Shown one piece after another: positions 63,983 to 64,000 of a DNA stretch of 64,000 nt. The stretch comes from a virus. Within the stretch, counting starts at the first letter, position 1; every line of letters starts with the position of its first letter. Where the stretch lies: positions 1-64,000 of IMG/VR virus record IMGVR_UViG_3300007512_001412; one strand, given 5' to 3'. Under the pieces are notes generated by a model, which made no database searches, was not told the origin of the DNA, and worked only from the letters and a program-made list of their open reading frames with translations. The position numbers and the translations under genes are program-made.

Positions 63983-64000
63983 CGTCCGCTCCCGTGCAAC

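Noticed and set aside
1-64000. Alternative genetic code, diversity-generating retroelement, tRNA/rRNA genes
   Set aside because: Genes are long and intact in the standard bacterial code; no reverse transcriptase or TR/VR pair and no cloverleaf or rRNA signature was recognised by eye.

Overview
GC-rich (by eye about 70%) 64-kb fragment of a large uncultured bacterial DNA virus or virus-like element; no host housekeeping, rRNA, tRNA or CRISPR loci were seen. Left to right: a lysis cassette (holin-like genes, amidase, papain-fold peptidase); replication, recombination and accessory genes (Cas4/RecB-like nuclease, adenine MTase, SNF2 helicase, Sak4-like ATPase, SSB-like protein, UDG-fused family A DNA polymerase, Rad50-like ATPase, dNMP kinase, tyrosine and serine recombinases); a glycan-modification cluster next to spike/lectin-like genes; a lower-GC island with two DNA MTases; and a long minus-strand block of probable virion/ejection proteins. 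No terminase, portal or HK97 capsid was recognised. The most striking feature is that two multi-domain systems are each divided between the same two loci more than 30 kb apart on opposite strands. A DarB-like SNF2 helicase has its ATPase lobe (plus a LysM domain) at 45.6-52.3 kb (-) and its helicase-C lobe at 9.6-12.7 kb (+). A MoxR AAA+ ATPase at 8.1-9.6 kb (+) has its DUF2201 metallopeptidase/VWA partner split into three ORFs at 41.9-45.2 kb (-). One large inversion would join these into a single run, and a 10-bp inverted repeat lies upstream of both the MoxR and VWA genes. Other notable signals: two recurring operator-like motifs, a candidate three-way-junction ncRNA, an FG(G/A) motif enriched in the structural block, and several apparent single-base frameshifts that warn of possible assembly errors. 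All family assignments come from motif recognition by eye, not database searches.
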